Assembly (NCBI GenBank): GCA_049840735.1
Contig: JASGJN010000022.1
Location: 224,001-288,000, forward strand
DNA from: Anaeromyxobacter sp.
Lineage (GTDB): Bacteria; Myxococcota; Myxococcia; Myxococcales; Anaeromyxobacteraceae
Length of the DNA stretch: 64,000 nucleotides
Direction: 5' to 3'
The position numbers and the translations under genes were made by a program. The notes under the pieces are model-generated. The model was not told where the DNA came from. It saw only the letters and a list, made by a program, of their open reading frames with translations, and ran no database searches. Positions 32,816 to 43,300 of this stretch are shown one piece after another. Numbering within the stretch: the first letter of the stretch is position 1; each line of letters starts with the position of its first letter.

Positions 32816-33271
32816 TCAACCCAGCGTCACCCTGAACAGCCGCTTCTCCACGTCCTCCAGCGCGCCGGAGAGATCCGGGCGCGTGAGCCTGATCGCCTCG
32901 GCGTGCTCCTTCAGCCCCAGGCAGCGCTCGGTGAGCAGCACCACCAGCAGGTGGAGCGCCGCCTCCTCGGCCGGCTGCAGCCCGGCCCGCCCGCGCTCCA
33001 GCTCCGCCTCATAGGCCTCGTACTGGCGCGTGAGGTCGAGCCGGGCCAGCAGCAGCGCCAGCCGGATCGCGCCCTCGCGCGGACGCGCGGAGATGCCGGC
33101 CTGCCAGCGCGCCTGCAGCTCGTCGCTCACCCAGTCCACGAAGGGCGGCGGCCAGCCCTGCAGCTCGGTGGCCAGCTCCTGGGCGAACCGCGTGAGGACG
33201 TAGGCCTTCACCGGCTGCTTCTGCCGCTCGTAGAGGAAGTCCCAGCGCCGGTCGCGCATGGGCGGGATCAT
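32816..33271 (-). CDS. Hypothetical protein
   Basis: Codon bias; helical Leu/Glu-rich sequence. Confidence 0.65.
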   Translation of the reverse strand: MIPPMRDRRWDFLYERQKQPVKAYVLTRFAQELATELQGWPPPFVDWVSDELQARWQAGISARPREGAIRLALLLARLDLTRQYEAYEAELERGRAGLQPAEEAALHLLVVLLTERCLGLKEHAEAIRLTRPDLSGALEDVEKRLFRVTLG

Positions 33272-33341
33272 ACCGCGGACCGCCCGGCCACCGCAGGGCG
33301 GCGGGTGCGCGGCGCGGCCGCGCCGCCGGCCGGCGAGCGGC

Positions 33342-34175
33342 TCACGGGACGGCGGAGCGGGCCGGGGCCGCCGCGGGCTGGAGCTCGCGCTTGCGCCCGC
33401 CCTCGAGGGCGGTGAGCGGTCCGACCTTCACCGGCGCGTGCGCCTCGGCCAGCCGCAGCTCGCGCAGGATGGCGTCGTAGACGGAGCGGCGGGAGAGGAA
33501 GGCGTGGTGGCCGCCGCGGACCTCGACGTTGCCGAGGTGGGGGAGGTCGTGCGTCTCGAGCACCGCCGCCGGGTAGGGAGCGGAGCCGTCCTCGCGCGAC
33601 CAGATCGAGGTGAGCCGCACCTGCGCCGGCCACGGGCCGCTGGCCAGCCGCCGCAGGAAGGGCGAGCCCGGCACCATCTGCCAGAGCGAGCGGGCGAAGA
33701 AGCCGATGGGCGCGCCCAGGTACGCGACCGGGGTGCCGTTGTGCGGGGTCCCCAGCGTCACCACCGCCCGCGTGCGCCGCCAGCCGCCCAGCTTCTTCAC
33801 GTAGTAGGAGGCCACCAGCCCGCCCTTGGAGTGGCCGACGATGAGGAGCGGCCCGAGCGTGGGGTTGCGGGCGTAGATGCGCTCCACCTTGGCGCGGACG
33901 TAGTCGGCCAGGTCGTCGATGCCGCGGGTGTTGAGCGTGCGCCCCAGGCCGCCGAGGTCGAGCGTGAAGACGCCGTAGCCGTCGCGGCGCAGCCGCCGCT
34001 CCAGGACGTCGAAGGTGCGGCGCGAGGTGAAGAACCCGTGCAGCAGCAGGACCGGGCGGCGGCAGCGCGAGAAGTCGGTCCGCTTCACCACCCGCTGCCG
34101 GACCGAGCCGTCCAGCACCGCCGCCACGTGCTCCACGGCGCGTGCGGCACGACGGATGGCCCTCGCGATCTGCAT
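33342..34175 (-). CDS. Alpha/beta-hydrolase (lipase/esterase)
   Basis: VLLLHGF, GHSKGG nucleophile elbow, VTLGTPHNGT. Confidence 0.88.
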   Translation of the reverse strand: MQIARAIRRAARAVEHVAAVLDGSVRQRVVKRTDFSRCRRPVLLLHGFFTSRRTFDVLERRLRRDGYGVFTLDLGGLGRTLNTRGIDDLADYVRAKVERIYARNPTLGPLLIVGHSKGGLVASYYVKKLGGWRRTRAVVTLGTPHNGTPVAYLGAPIGFFARSLWQMVPGSPFLRRLASGPWPAQVRLTSIWSREDGSAPYPAAVLETHDLPHLGNVEVRGGHHAFLSRRSVYDAILRELRLAEAHAPVKVGPLTALEGGRKRELQPAAAPARSAVP

Positions 34176-34483
34176 CCCGCCTCCCTCCAGCCAATCTAGC
34201 GAGCGGTCATCGGTCGTGCAGCCGGCTTCTCGCTCAGGGACGGTCCCGAGTCGCGGCGTCACCTGTGCGCGGGGCCGCCACCCGCCGCCACCCGAGCATG
34301 AAGCCGCGCACCCGGGCCGGCGGGCACCTGCGCCGCCTCGGGCTCGGGCCGGCCGACGCCAGCCCGGCTGCACCAGCGGTGAGGACGCGGCGCATCAGGG
34401 GAGTGTGGCCACCCCCGCTTGAGCCCCCCACGCCCCCGCGCTAAGTAGACGCCTCCCGCTCGGCGGGGATGGAGGCCGGCCAC

Positions 34484-35497
34484 ATGCTCGTCGTCATGAC
34501 CCCCCACGCCACCCCGGAGGACATCGAGCGGGTCTGCGAGAAGATCCGCTCCCTGGGCCTCTCCCCGCACCCCATGCCGGGCGCGCAGCGGACGGCGGTC
34601 GGGATCACCGGCAACAAGGGCGGCCTCGAGCCCGAGCTGTTCACCACGCTCCCGGGCGTGGCCGACGCCATCCGCGTGTCGCAGCCGTTCAAGCTGGTCT
34701 CGCGCGAGGTGAAGGAGGAGGACACCGTCATCGACGTGGGCGGGGTGCCCCTGGGCGGCCCCACGCTGGCGGTGATGGCCGGCCCCTGCTCGGTGGAGTC
34801 GAGGGAGCAGCTGCTGGAGGCGGCCCACGCGGTGAAGGCCGCCGGCGCCCGCTTCCTGCGCGGCGGCGCGTTCAAGCCGCGCACCAGCCCCTACGAGTTC
34901 CAGGGGCTGGCGGAGGAGGGGCTGAAGCTGCTGGCGCTGGCGCGCGAGCAGACCGGGCTCAAGGTGGTGACCGAGGTGATGGACGTCGAGACGCTGCCCA
35001 TGGTCTCGGACTACGCCGACGTCCTGCAGATCGGCGCCCGCAACATGCAGAACTTCTCGCTGCTCAAGCAGCTGGGGGCCATCCGCAAGCCCATCCTGCT
35101 CAAGCGCGGCCCCTCCGCCACGCTCAAGGAGTGGCTGATGGCGGCGGAGTACATCGCTTCGCGCGGCAACTACCAGATCGCGCTCTGCGAGCGCGGCATC
35201 CGCACCTTCGAGACCATGACCCGCAACACGCTCGACCTGAACGCCGTGCCGGTGCTCAAGGCGCTGACGCACCTGCCGGTGATCGTGGACCCCTCGCACG
35301 GCATCGGCCTGCGCGCCCACGTGCCCGCCATGGCCCGTGCCGGGGTGGCCGCCGGTGCCGACGGGATCATCGTCGAGGTCCACTGCCACCCCGAGCAGGC
35401 GCTCTCCGACGGCCAGCAGTCGCTCACGCCGCCGGAGTTCCAGGAGCTGTTCCGGCAGGTGAAGGTGATCGCCGGCGCGGTGGGGCGGACGGTGTAG
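34484..35497 (+). CDS. aroF: 3-deoxy-7-phosphoheptulonate synthase, type I-beta with N-terminal regulatory domain
   Basis: [36 protein letters not shown]. Confidence 0.95.
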   Translation: MLVVMTPHATPEDIERVCEKIRSLGLSPHPMPGAQRTAVGITGNKGGLEPELFTTLPGVADAIRVSQPFKLVSREVKEEDTVIDVGGVPLGGPTLAVMAGPCSVESREQLLEAAHAVKAAGARFLRGGAFKPRTSPYEFQGLAEEGLKLLALAREQTGLKVVTEVMDVETLPMVSDYADVLQIGARNMQNFSLLKQLGAIRKPILLKRGPSATLKEWLMAAEYIASRGNYQIALCERGIRTFETMTRNTLDLNAVPVLKALTHLPVIVDPSHGIGLRAHVPAMARAGVAAGADGIIVEVHCHPEQALSDGQQSLTPPEFQELFRQVKVIAGAVGRTV

Positions 35498-35511
35498 CGG
35501 AAGGGTGGGAC

Positions 35512-37218
35512 TCATGCCCGCGCCACCGGCAGCGGGTCGGCCTCGGGCCGCCCGGTGAAGAGCTGCCCCTGGCGCAGCCAGACCAGCGCCTTGGTCACCG
35601 GCTCGCGGTAGACCTCCAGGTAGCCGCCGTGCACGCCGACCAGGTGGTGGAAGGAGCAGAGCCCGACCAGGTTCTCGGGATCATCGGTGCCGCCACGGGA
35701 GCGCGGGATGATGTGGTGCGCGTGGGCCGAGGCGTGGCTGCACCCGGGCACCTGGCAGCGGCCGTCGTCCCGCGCCCGGATCTCCTGCGACTTCGTCTTC
35801 CGCTGCTTCCCCTGCTGCTCCCAGGTGACCAGGAAGTGCGCGGACATGATGGCCAGGCAGCGGCCCATGGACAGGTTGGTCCCGAACTTCGCCCGGGCAT
35901 TGAACACGGCGGCCGCCAGGAGCAGGGCCAGGTGCTCCGGCAGGACCGCTGACACCTTGGAGGCGGCACGCAGCTGCGCCGCCTGCTCCTCGGCCACCTC
36001 GACCCGGAGCTGGGCGCTGGTGACCTCCGTCGCGTGCTCCCTCCAGCTCTCCCGCTGCGCCTCCGGCAGCCTGGCCAGCTCGCACAGCCGCTGGTAGGGC
36101 AGCCCCGCCTCGCGCGCCGCCTGCAACGCCAGCGAGGCCTGCACCTTGCCTTCGACCGCCACCCGCTGCTCCAGCGCCCGCGCCGGCAGCCCCAGCCGCT
36201 CCTCGACGTAGTGGGCGAAGGAGTCGAACCCCAGCTTGCGGTGCACGCCCGCCTGCTTCACGCCCAGCGCCAGCTCGGCCACGATCTCGTCCAGCTCGGC
36301 CCGCGCCCTGGCCACCTGGCGCAGCTTCGCGTCGGTGGTGTTGGCGTCGTCCGCGTCGTCGAACTCGATCTCCAGCGCCAGCAGCGCCGCCTCCACCTTG
36401 GGCAGGTGAGCCCAGCCGCCCTGCTCGGCCTCGGCCATGGCCCGCCGCTGCGGCTCGGAGAAGAGCGGCCGGAAGCCCAGGGACGGAGTGGGCGCGACCA
36501 GCTGGTCGGAGCTACCGGGCATGGCGCCCAGGAACTCCTGCACGATGACCTCGATGCGCCGCGTCCGGCTGGCGCCGGGCTCGACCCGCCCGGCCAGCTC
36601 CAGCGCCTCGTCGATGAGCAGCCGCTCATCCTCGGTGGTCTGCGCCAGGATCCGGTAGAGCGGCGCGTCCTCGTCGTCGGGCGGCGCGCCGGCGACCGCC
36701 CGCACCTCCAGCTCCAGCGCGCGCACCGTGTACTGCCTGGCCTTCTCCACCCACTCCGCCTCGGCCTCCCCCTTGGCCACCGGCACGATGACCTGCGCCG
36801 CCCGCAGCTTCAGGTCGCCCGACCAGAGCGCCGCCCGCAGCACCTTGCGCTCCCGCAGCGCCCTCCCCAGCGCCGCCAGGCCCCGCGTGGCACGCTCGCC
36901 CAGGTCCAGCATCTCGCGGCCGTAGTCCCTGAGGTGATAGCCCAGCTCGGCCAGCCGGTTCCCCCGCTGCATCTGGTGCAGCCCCTCGGCGATGAGGGCG
37001 TCGAACCGCCCCTGGGCGCGCGCCAGGTGGACCAGGCCCAGCTCGGCGAAGTCGGCGTTCCGACCGCCACGGGCGAAGACCACGCGGAGGGGAGCGGTCT
37101 CGTCCCCCGGAGCCGGCTCCGCCTCCAGCCGGCCCCAGTAGGCCGGCGGCGGCTTCACGTCCACCAGCTCGACCGGCTCGCGGGCCCAGACCACGATCTC
37201 TCGGAAGCGCGTTTCCAT
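35512..37218 (-). CDS. HNH endonuclease with duplicated DUF222-like N-terminal region
   Basis: C-terminal RDDGRCQVPGC..HAHHIIPRSRGGTDDPENLVGLCSFHH; alternative start 37227. Confidence 0.85.
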   Translation of the reverse strand: METRFREIVVWAREPVELVDVKPPPAYWGRLEAEPAPGDETAPLRVVFARGGRNADFAELGLVHLARAQGRFDALIAEGLHQMQRGNRLAELGYHLRDYGREMLDLGERATRGLAALGRALRERKVLRAALWSGDLKLRAAQVIVPVAKGEAEAEWVEKARQYTVRALELEVRAVAGAPPDDEDAPLYRILAQTTEDERLLIDEALELAGRVEPGASRTRRIEVIVQEFLGAMPGSSDQLVAPTPSLGFRPLFSEPQRRAMAEAEQGGWAHLPKVEAALLALEIEFDDADDANTTDAKLRQVARARAELDEIVAELALGVKQAGVHRKLGFDSFAHYVEERLGLPARALEQRVAVEGKVQASLALQAAREAGLPYQRLCELARLPEAQRESWREHATEVTSAQLRVEVAEEQAAQLRAASKVSAVLPEHLALLLAAAVFNARAKFGTNLSMGRCLAIMSAHFLVTWEQQGKQRKTKSQEIRARDDGRCQVPGCSHASAHAHHIIPRSRGGTDDPENLVGLCSFHHLVGVHGGYLEVYREPVTKALVWLRQGQLFTGRPEADPLPVARA

Positions 37219-37246
37219 CGCCTGCATCCTGGCAGGAGAAGCGAAC

Positions 37247-37263
37247 ACTGAACAGATGTTCCG
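37247..37263 (-). promoter_or_regulatory. Probable LexA (SOS) box
   Basis: Minus strand CGGAACATCTGTTCAGT: GAAC-N4-GTTC palindrome; 15/17 to the Myxococcus consensus CTRHAMRYBYGTTCAGS as recalled. Confidence 0.65.
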
Positions 37264-37316
37264 TTGGGTTCGTCCGCTGGTGGGAGAGCGCCGCCTGGCG
37301 CCGAAGCGTCGACCGC

Positions 37317-37724
37317 TCACTCCGCCGCCCGCACCGCCACCACCCGCGCGCTCCACGGGCAGTACTGCCGGACCGTCCCGATCCAGTAGGCCTTGTCGGC
37401 CTCGACGAAGCCCGGGCAGCCGTCGCACAGCTCGACGGTGAGGTCGGCCCAGGCCGGCGTGGCCGGGTCCACGTGCCAGGTCCACTGTGGGTCAACACCG
37501 GCGCCGTCCACCAGGTCGAACACCGGGACGCGCCGGGCGTCCTGCTCCAGCAGCCGCTGCGCCTCGGCCAGGAAGGCGCGGTTCGCGACCTCGATCGTCA
37601 GCGTCTGGTCGCAGATGCGCAGCTCGACCTGGCCGGCGGCAGGGGTGCCCTGGGCCGGATGCGACGGGCCGCAGGCGGTCAGGAGCGCGAGGACGGCAGC
37701 GGGGAGGAGGCGGTGTGTAGACAC
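37317..37724 (-). CDS. BP74-like lipoprotein
   Basis: Lipobox LLTAC; WTWHVDP, ELCDGCP, YCPW. Confidence 0.7.
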   Translation of the reverse strand: MSTHRLLPAAVLALLTACGPSHPAQGTPAAGQVELRICDQTLTIEVANRAFLAEAQRLLEQDARRVPVFDLVDGAGVDPQWTWHVDPATPAWADLTVELCDGCPGFVEADKAYWIGTVRQYCPWSARVVAVRAAE

Positions 37725-37930
37725 GTTGTCACCTGATCCGGGTGCGCGGCCGGGTCGTGGGCGCCGCGCCTGTCCACCTTCTCGACACGGTGGCGCGTGT
37801 GGAACGGAACGTATACACGCACCCGCCCTCACCGGGCGCGGCGGGTGCGCGCGCCCCTCGCGCCCCCCTGGCCTCGAAGCCCCTCCGGTGGCATCCTCGG
37901 GTCCGGGGCGGAAGGAACCAGCGGGCGCCG

Positions 37931-39937
37931 ATGATCTTCCCGAAGTGGCTGCACACCATCCACCACGATGGCTCGCCGAAGTACCTCTCCAGCCTCCACC
38001 CCGCGGTGGGCGAGCGGGTGCGCGTGCGGCTGCGGGTGGGCGCCACGGCCCCGGTGCGGCGCGTCTTCATCCGGACCAGCGGCGAAGGTGAGCAGGGGCT
38101 GACGCAGCTCGTCGCCGGGCCGCGCACGCCTCCGTCGCAGTGGTTCCACGTGGACCTGGTGATCCGGGACCCGGCCACGCACTACCGCTTCGTGCTGGAG
38201 GCCGACGACTCGGTCTGGTGGTACACGGCCGCCGGCTGCGCCGCCTTCAACCCGCTCGACGGCCAGGACTTCAAGATCGTCGCCGGCGCGGCGCCGGCCT
38301 GGCTGCGCTCCGCCACCATCTACGAGATCTTCCCCGACCGCTTCGCGCGGGGCGACGGGCCGCTGTCCGGCGATCCGGCGCTCGACCTGCAGGGCGGCGA
38401 CCTGCCCGGCATCACCGCCAGGCTCGACCACCTGCAGGCGCTGGGCTGCGACACGCTCTACCTCAACCCCATCTTCACCTCGCCCTCGAGCCACCGCTAC
38501 GACTGCAGCGATCACGAGCACGTCGATCCGCGCCTGGGGGGCGACGAGGCGCTGGTGGCGCTGCGGCAGGCGCTGGACGCGCGCGGCATGCGCTACCTGC
38601 TGGCGGTGGAGCTGCGCCACGTCAGCGATCAGCACGGCTGGTTCAAGGCCGCGCAGGCCGATCGCGCCTCGCCCGAGGGCAGCTTCTTCCGCTTCCACGG
38701 CGAGGGCGCCGAGGCCTGGGACAGCTGGCTGGGCGTCCCCTCGCTCCCCATCCTCGACTACGGCAGCCCCGAGCTGCGCCGCCGCATCTACGGCGACCCG
38801 GACGCGCTGGTGCGCCGCTGGCTGCGCCCGCCCTTCTCCGCCGACGGCTACGGCACCAACCTCCCCGAGCGCCACGCCTGGGGCGACGACCTGGACCCCT
38901 CGGCGCTGGGCCGGTCGCTGCGCAGGGCCATCAAGGAGACCCGCCCGGACGCCTACTTCGTCACCCGCAACTTCACCGACGTGACCTGGCAGCTCCAGGG
39001 CGACCAGCTGGACGGCTTCGCCGACTTCGGCTCCTTCACCTTCCCGCTCTTCAACTGGCTGCGCGGCTACCGCGAGGAGGCGCACGGCGTGGACGATCCG
39101 CCCGGCGTCCGCCTCTGGCCCACGGCCGCGCTGGAGGCCGCCTGGCGGCATGGGCGCGCCGCCATCCCCTGGAGCGTGGCGCTGCAGCAGCACACGCAGC
39201 TGGGCAGCCAGGACCTGCCCCGCATCCGGACCGTGCTGCGCGGCGACGACGTGCTGCACCAGATCGCGGCGGTGCTCCAGTTCACCTACCCGGGCGTGCC
39301 GGGCCTCTACTACGGCGACGAGGTCGGCCTGGGCGACGTGCCCGGCTTCGGCCAGCGCGGCCCCATGACCTGGGACCCGGCGCAGTGGCACCAGGGGCTC
39401 TTCTCGCTCTACCGCGACCTGATCGCGCTCCGGCGCGACTCGCCGGCGCTGCAGGTGGGCGGGTTCCAGGTGCTGCTGGTCGATCGCGACACGCTGGCCT
39501 TCCAGCGCGAGGGCGTGGATCAGCGCGTGCTGGTGATCGCGCACCGCGGGCAGCGCCCCCGCCCGGCGGGCCGCCTGGGGCTCGCGCACGGCGGCGTGGC
39601 GGACGGCACGAAGTTCGTGGAGCGGTTCTCCGGGCAGACGGCGATGGTGGAGCGCGGCGCGCTCCCGCTGCCCGAGATCATCCGCGGCGCCACCATCTGG
39701 ATCGCCACCGAGGCGCCGGCGCCGCTGCCGGTGGTGGGCGAGGGGGAGGGCTCGGCCGAGGCCGAGGCCGAGGTGCGCCGGCCGGCGCGCCGGATCACGC
39801 CGCGCTGCCCGGTGTGCGGCCGGAAGGACGGCGCGCGGCGCGAGCGGCGCCTCACCGCCATGGACATCGCCGGGCGGGACCGCTGGGTCTGCCTCTGGTG
39901 CGGCGCCACCTGGTGGAGCGAGCGGCGCCGGCGCTGA
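37931..39937 (+). CDS. MalZ-like GH13 protein with degenerate catalytic motifs and C-terminal Zn ribbon
   Basis: YEIFPDRF, GGDLPGI, LYLNPIF, SHRYD, TYPGVPGLYYGDEVG; regions I-IV altered; CPVC...CLWC tail. Confidence 0.85.
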   Translation: MIFPKWLHTIHHDGSPKYLSSLHPAVGERVRVRLRVGATAPVRRVFIRTSGEGEQGLTQLVAGPRTPPSQWFHVDLVIRDPATHYRFVLEADDSVWWYTAAGCAAFNPLDGQDFKIVAGAAPAWLRSATIYEIFPDRFARGDGPLSGDPALDLQGGDLPGITARLDHLQALGCDTLYLNPIFTSPSSHRYDCSDHEHVDPRLGGDEALVALRQALDARGMRYLLAVELRHVSDQHGWFKAAQADRASPEGSFFRFHGEGAEAWDSWLGVPSLPILDYGSPELRRRIYGDPDALVRRWLRPPFSADGYGTNLPERHAWGDDLDPSALGRSLRRAIKETRPDAYFVTRNFTDVTWQLQGDQLDGFADFGSFTFPLFNWLRGYREEAHGVDDPPGVRLWPTAALEAAWRHGRAAIPWSVALQQHTQLGSQDLPRIRTVLRGDDVLHQIAAVLQFTYPGVPGLYYGDEVGLGDVPGFGQRGPMTWDPAQWHQGLFSLYRDLIALRRDSPALQVGGFQVLLVDRDTLAFQREGVDQRVLVIAHRGQRPRPAGRLGLAHGGVADGTKFVERFSGQTAMVERGALPLPEIIRGATIWIATEAPAPLPVVGEGEGSAEAEAEVRRPARRITPRCPVCGRKDGARRERRLTAMDIAGRDRWVCLWCGATWWSERRRR

Positions 39938-40310
39938 GCGCTCCGCACGGTCGCTGCCTGGGGGCCGGCTGCCCCCGGAGGTGTCTGCCCGGCTGGGATG
40001 GAGAGGGAGTTCCCTGCGAACCTTCGGGTTCCCTCTAAAGTATCAGCAGTGCTCACTCTGCGTCCGCGATTCGAGCACGACCCAGGCGCCCAACCTCCCG
40101 TCACCATTGGTGACGCCAAGGTGACGAAAGGTGGAGCGTCCCGCGCGACTGTGGGGAACTGAACCACAGTTGCGCGGCGGCTCGACGGGCCTGCCGTTTG
40201 TCAGCAAGCGCGCAGGCTTCTACGGTTTCGCGCACACATCGACTGGCCAGTCGGGGGGTGCCCGCGCGTGCGCGCAGGCAGCGGCGACCAGTCCGTGTCT
40301 GGAGGGTGCG

Positions 40311-43300
40311 ATGACGTTCCAGGCGACGGCCGTGAGGCGGTGGCTGCGGGTGCTGATGAGGGCCTTCGGGATGGCGCTGCTGCTGGCCGCGCAGGCGGCT
40401 GCGGCGCAGAGCATCCCGGTGGCGCACGTCTACCACAACCACATGCCCAACTTCTGGCCGTACTACGCGAACTCGAACGCCGAGGTGATCGCGAAGTACG
40501 ACGCCACGCGGGTGGGCGACCCGATCCGCTACCTGACCGACGGCGAGGTCATCAAGCTCAAGCTGAACCCGCCGGCCGGCTATCCCTACTGGCTGCCGTC
40601 CACGGTGGGCACCGGGCCGATGCCGCATGACGACCTGGTCACCTACTACAGCCATCACGCGAAGTACCAGTGCTACCAGTCCTACCCGCCGGGCTTCGGG
40701 CTGCACGGCTGGCCCATGGCCAGCGCCGAGCAGATGCAGGGCTTCGCCGGGGGCAACGGCCAGGTGCACGTCACCTTCTCCGGCTCGCTGGCCACCAACG
40801 TGAACGGCCTGGAGCTCGGCGGCGCGATCCCGGGCTTCTACAACAACGGCTCCGCCTGGAACACCGAGTTCGTCAACGACGTCCGGAACCTCAAGACCAA
40901 CGGCGGGTACCAGACGCTGGACATGCTCCACTTCACGGCCCACCACAGCCTGGGGCCGCTGGTCGGGCGCGAGTACTTCCTCAAGGACCTGATCGCGCAC
41001 GGCGCCACCCTGGCGCAGCCCTGGTTCCTGGGCTCGAACTACAAGTCCTCGCGCGGCTTCTTCCCCACCGAGCTCTCCTTCTCCACGCGGCTCGTGCCGG
41101 AGCTGGCCAAGCTGGGCGTGCAGTGGACGGTGGTGGGCAACAACCACTTCTCCCACGCGCTCACCGACTACCCGTACGCGGACTACGACGCCCGGCTCGA
41201 CGCCAACACCTCGCCGCCCAACCGCGCGGACCTGCGCAACACCTCCACCATCGGCAGCTGGGTGATCGCGCCGATGACCAACCAGGAGGTCAGCATCGTC
41301 AACAAGTACCCCTTCGCCTCCACGCCGCACTGGGTGCGCCAGGTGGATCCCTTCACCGGCGCCGTCTCCAAGCTGGCCGCCATCCCGGCCAGCCAGAACG
41401 GCCAGTGGGAGGAGGGGTTCAACGGCCAGGTCACGGTGGCGGAGTACCTGCCCTACGCGTCGCTCGAGCCGCGCCAGTACTACGTGCTGGCCCACGACGG
41501 CGACAACTCCATGGGCCGGTCCGGCTCCTGGGAGACCTGGTCCAACGGCACCACCGTCACGGGCTCGGGCAACGGCTACAACCTGGGCGTGGACGAGTAC
41601 CTGAAGAAGTTCCCCATCCCGGCCACCGACGTGGTGCACGTCCAGGACGGGTCCTGGGCCGACGTGCTGGACGCGTCCTCCGACCCGATGTTCTACCACT
41701 GGCACCAGCCCTTCCTGATCTGGACGGGCCAGTTCAAGGAGTTCAACAAGACCACCGGCCTCGCGCTCGCGCCCAAGAAGAACCTGCGCGGCGTGCCGGA
41801 CGAGGCCACCGTCACCTTCGAGTACGGCTGGCACTACCAGGAGCTGGCCTACGCCAAGCTGCAGCCGGCGCTCAACTTCGCGATCACCGCGGAGCAGAAT
41901 CTGGCTCGACAACCACCCCACCCACTGGTCGCCCACCACCGCGCTCGACGCGCAGGTCACCTACGCCGGCAACCAGCTCAACCCCTGGATGATCGCGGCG
42001 CCGGTGAAGGGTGACCCGGCCGCCGACTACAAGAACGGCGCCAACCCGGCCGAGCTGGCCTGGTACTTCCTGCTCGCCGCCATGGACTCCGGGTTCGGCT
42101 ACTACGGCGAGAACCAGGACGACGACGTGAAGCCGGTGCTGGCCATCAACAACTCGCTGGCCATCTCGCAGCGGTACGTGCGCGACAACGCCGGTCAGGA
42201 CCGCACCGGCCCGTCGGTCTGGGTGCCGCAGCGCTGGCCTGGCAACCCCGGCTCGGTCAACGGCTCCAAGGCCGAGGGCTGGACCACGCACTGGTTCAGC
42301 AACAAGTTCGCGGTCTACACCTACGCCTACGACCTCGCCGGCATGGGCACCGTCAACCTGATGGTGCGGCCGCACACCAAGAAGACCATCGCCGCCAACG
42401 ACGACACGTACAAGGTGGTCTACCCGTCGGTGCTGGCCGGCGCCGCCGGCCTCTCCATCACGCCGGCGAACGTGGGCAGCTGGACCGCCTACCCGATGCG
42501 CGTGCGCGACCTGCGCCCGGTCATGAACGGCGTGGACTGGATCCCGACCGAGAAGGCCACCATGCACGTGCTGCCGGCCAGCGAGGTCGGCAACCTGTAC
42601 TACGCCTACCTGGACCAGTACCGGGACCAGCTGGTCGACTACTACATCCAGGCCACCGACGCCTGGGGCAACATCACCCGCACCGACATCCAGCAGGTCT
42701 ACGTCGGCGCCGGGCGCTACAACGCGGGCGGCAAGTCCGGCTACGTCGAGAGCGCCACCGGGACCGTGGTCGGCACCAATCCGTTCATCACCGCCGGCGC
42801 CGTCGCCACCCCCACCACCGCGGCGCCGGACTTCTACCCGGCCTCCGGCAGCTACGGCACGGCGCAGAGCGTGCAGATCCTCGACGCCACGCCGGGCGCG
42901 GTCATCTACTACACGCTCGACGGCAGCACGCCCACCACCGGCTCGACGGTCTACTCCGGCCCCATCACGGTGAGCGGCTCGACCATCCTCACCGCCATGG
43001 CGGTGGCGAGCGGCCTGGGCCAGAGCGGCGTCTCCTCCTCGACCTACATCGTCGGCGCGCCGCCGCCGCGCGCCGCGGCGCCGTACTTCACGCCGGCCGC
43101 CGGCGTCTACGCCACCGCGCAGAGCGTGGCCATCGCCTCGGTCACGCCGGGCGCGGTCATCTACTACACCACGGACGGCACGGCCCCGAGCACCGCCTCC
43201 ACCCGCTACAGCGCGCCCGTCCCGGTCAGCGCCAGCACCACGCTCCGCGCGATCGCGCTGGCCAGCGGGTACGCGCAGAGCCTGGAGGCGAGCGGCCGGT

